Source: Minisyncoccia bacterium (GTDB lineage: Bacteria; Patescibacteriota; Minisyncoccia; Phycocordibacterales; UBA9973). Taken from it: a DNA stretch of 62,748 nt. Within the stretch, counting starts at the first letter, position 1. Each line of letters starts with the position of its first letter. Shown here piece by piece: positions 61,975-62,748 of this stretch. Below the pieces are notes generated by a model. The model saw nothing but the letters and a program-made list of their open reading frames with translations, was not told the DNA's origin and did no database searches. Where the stretch lies: NCBI GenBank assembly GCA_049287305.1, contig JBAQFO010000003.1:1-62748 (forward strand). Reading direction: 5' to 3'. Position numbers and translations under genes: made by a program.

Positions 61975-62045
61975 AGCCGAGAGTGGGAATCGAACCCACG
62001 TTCCTACTTTACGAAAGTAGTGTTCTGCCACTGAACTATATCGGC
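61975..62045 (-). tRNA. tRNA-Thr (anticodon CGU)
   Basis: The reverse complement is GCCGATA-TA-GTTC-AGTGGC-AGAAC-A-CTACT-TTCGTAA-AGTAG-GAAC-GTGGG-TTCGATT-CCCAC-TCTCGGC-T. There is one acceptor-stem mismatch. Confidence 0.85.
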
Positions 62046-62491
62046 AAGACTCTTTTTAATAAACGTCCTTCTTTCGTTCTTTTACTTACAACCCTATTTT
62101 TTCTACCATTTCCTCTGTTGGATCCAGAGTAAGTTGGAGTTAAAGAATCACAATTGGGACAAATTAAGCGTAAGTTGTTTTCCACATTATTCCGCCAATT
62201 ACCATCAATGTGGTCTGCAACTAATGGGACCAGCCCAGTTTTTTTATTAATCCTTGACCAACCACATAAACAACATTTATTGTTATACTTTTCACGCAAA
62301 TAAATTTTTACGGAAGTAGAAACAATACCTAAACTTTGTAATCCACTCACCTTCCCTTCTTTCCATTTTTTTAAATAACAATCACGCTGATAAGAAATTT
62401 GACATTTATTGCTGCAATACTTATATCTAGCACGTGCTGTTACTTTTCTACACTTTAAACACTTTTCTCTGCTCATTTTAGGCAGTGACAT
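62036..62491 (-). CDS. HNH endonuclease with N-terminal zinc-ribbon-like Cys pairs
   Basis: ADHIDGNWRNNVENNLRLICPNCD HNH motif. CLKC...CSNKC and CCLCG. The stop overlaps the tRNA-Thr 5' end by ~10 nt. Confidence 0.75.
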   Translation of the reverse strand: MSLPKMSREKCLKCRKVTARARYKYCSNKCQISYQRDCYLKKWKEGKVSGLQSLGIVSTSVKIYLREKYNNKCCLCGWSRINKKTGLVPLVADHIDGNWRNNVENNLRLICPNCDSLTPTYSGSNRGNGRKNRVVSKRTKEGRLLKRVLPI

Positions 62492-62512
62492 ACATAAATT
62501 ATATAAAGCACA

Positions 62513-62543
62513 ACAACCACTGTCAAACTTTAAAAGTGGTTGT
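62513..62543. repeat. Hairpin palindrome upstream of the HNH gene, possibly a distant member of the CCACT...AGTGG family
   Basis: ACAACCACT-N13-AGTGGTTGT. Confidence 0.4.
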
Positions 62544-62748
62544 AAATTACCATGTTCTACCTAAAACAAATCTGGGAGTGCTTATTAAACTCCGCTCGAA
62601 CCTACTTTACTAAAAATCCAACATCATTGCCATAAATGTAAATGCGGACTCGGTTTTGCGAAAACTTAATTCTTTGGGAAAATGATTCGCAAAACCTCGA
62701 CTAATGTTTTCTTAAATTCGGCGAGATTCGGAATTCTGCCCGCAGGAG

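Overview
This is a low-GC bacterial chromosome segment, about 35-40% GC by hand counts of individual lines. The 16S signature and gene content (many small DUF, membrane and secreted proteins) suggest a Candidate Phyla Radiation/Patescibacteria-type organism; that assignment is inference.

The window opens inside a 16S rRNA gene on the minus strand. It then carries about 90 protein-coding genes, mostly on the minus strand. Housekeeping genes are guaA, pyrG, ftsE/ftsX, prfB, RNase J, secG, tRNA-Gln and tRNA-Thr. There is also a histidine kinase/response regulator pair and an ECF-type sigma factor.

The window is compositionally mosaic. The items most worth follow-up are:
1. An AT-rich restriction-modification/defence island at 13.5-17.4 kb. 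It holds a DUF262-only protein, an EcoRI-type m6A methyltransferase and an untracked 58-aa AbrB-like ORF, plus a second gamma-class methyltransferase with an unknown convergent partner. Three genes with no recognisable domain follow it.
2. A 1.44-kb insertion with no recombinase at the 3' flank of tRNA-Gln. It is bounded by 59-bp direct repeats and carries two unknown GC-rich genes and a candidate ncRNA among reiterated AGTTCTTT motifs.
3. Four further GC-rich cassettes (about 50-65% GC) encoding small secreted or membrane proteins.
4. A family of intergenic hairpin palindromes, CCACTTTA-N6-TAAAGTGG, with compensatory stem changes and flanking G-rich, C-depleted tracts.
5. A structured ~230-nt leader ahead of a DUF4430/transcobalamin-like surface-protein operon.

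I saw no CRISPR array, transposase or integrase. All family calls come from motif recognition by eye; no searches or folding programs were run.
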